A stretch of DNA of 64,000 nt, taken from assembly GCA_963829845.1 (NCBI GenBank), contig CAWHKD010000012.1, positions 31,859 through 95,858 of the forward strand. The letters run 5' to 3'. Position numbers and translations under genes: made by a program. Below the pieces are notes generated by a model. That model saw only the letters and a program-made list of their open reading frames with translations, was not told the origin of the DNA and made no database searches. The stretch's first letter is position 1. Every line of letters starts with the position of its first letter. Source of the stretch: an uncultured Gaiellaceae bacterium (GTDB lineage Bacteria; Actinomycetota; Thermoleophilia; Gaiellales; Gaiellaceae). This document shows, in pieces, positions 63,690 to 64,000 of the stretch.

Positions 63690-64000
63690 ACGTCGAACCG
63701 CCGGTGGAGCATCAGCGCGTTCCCGTCCGGATCCTTGAACCAGGCCTGCTTGCAGACGCCGGTCGTGATCGTGTCGCCGTCGAAGACGACTCCCTTCTGC
63801 TCCAACTCGGCGCGGGCGGCGTCGACGTCGGGGACGCGCAGCGCGATCCCCGCCGGGGAGGGCGCGAAGGGCTGGCCGATGCTGGACGGGTCGAAGACGT
63901 CCAAGCGTGACCTGGCCGCAGCGGAGCTCCATGTCGTGTCGCCCTCGGTCTCGACCTCGAGCCCGAGCGTCTCGACGTAGAACTGCTTCGCCCGCTGGAG
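63686..64000 (-). CDS. VOC/glyoxalase family protein, C-terminal part (runs off the window end); possible compensated frameshift pair
   Basis: The frame is open from the window edge: LQRAKQFYVETLGLEVETEGDTT...LDVFDPSSIGQPFAPSPAGIALRVPDVDAARAELEQKGVVFDGD...WFKDPDGNALMLH. Its stop overlaps the sufD start (ATGA). Confidence 0.7.
   Translation of the reverse strand, partial: LQRAKQFYVETLGLEVETEGDTTWSSAAARSRLDVFDPSSIGQPFAPSPAGIALRVPDVDAARAELEQKGVVFDGDTITTGVCKQAWFKDPDGNALMLHRRFDV

Overview
Very GC-rich window (roughly 70% by eye), densely coding, from a high-GC Gram-positive (Actinomycetota-like) chromosome. All family names come from motif recognition by eye; no database search was run. I support about 60 protein genes and see no rRNA, tRNA, CRISPR array, transposase or integrase.

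Gene blocks:
- 1-16.4 kb, nitrogen and arginine: two glutamine synthetases (Bacillus-type GSI-alpha and GSI-beta), a glnA-PII-amt operon, gltB, and argG-argH. A secreted S1 protease and an ABC-2 exporter sit between the two GS genes.
- 17-19.8 kb: a DUF2199 / HNH / DUF4446 / CARDB-like operon.
- 19.9-29.5 kb: the actinobacterial cell-wall and Ser/Thr-phosphorylation cluster (polytopic STPK, fhaA, fhaB, PP2C, rodA, pbpA, PASTA kinase pknB), here translationally coupled to ddl.
- 29.5-36.8 kb: a decayed cyclase/ATPase/TPR gene, a third STPK, gabT, pdxH, and a head-to-head pair of 5'-truncated genes.
- 36.8-47.4 kb: housekeeping and accessory genes (CBS, DUF4015, dcd, SDR, Lon-N/sufS/sufU/Rieske, methyltransferase, MaoC, ettA, GNAT, thioredoxin-like).
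- 47.5-64 kb: M6 metalloprotease, MFS, FAD oxidase, YceH, AAA+, a plant-type fatty-acid alpha-dioxygenase-like haem protein coupled to an MBL hydrolase, a 1070-aa secreted fusion protein, a TolB/RTX-like protein, and sufD.

Main observations:
1. At least 12 well-supported single-base frame disruptions in 5 genes, 11 of them +1 insertions. Seven fall within 1.25 kb of one signalling gene.
2. A strong intrinsic terminator with a T7 tract sits 25 nt upstream of the glnA-PII-amt operon start.
3. A previously unannotated family of about 75-nt two-hairpin repeat elements has 4 copies, 3 of them in tandem.
4. A deletion scar fuses half an ABC-2 permease to half a NarL-type regulator.
5. The alpha-dioxygenase-like gene and the MBL hydrolase gene overlap by ATGA.

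I cannot tell from sequence alone whether the frameshifts are biological or assembly errors.
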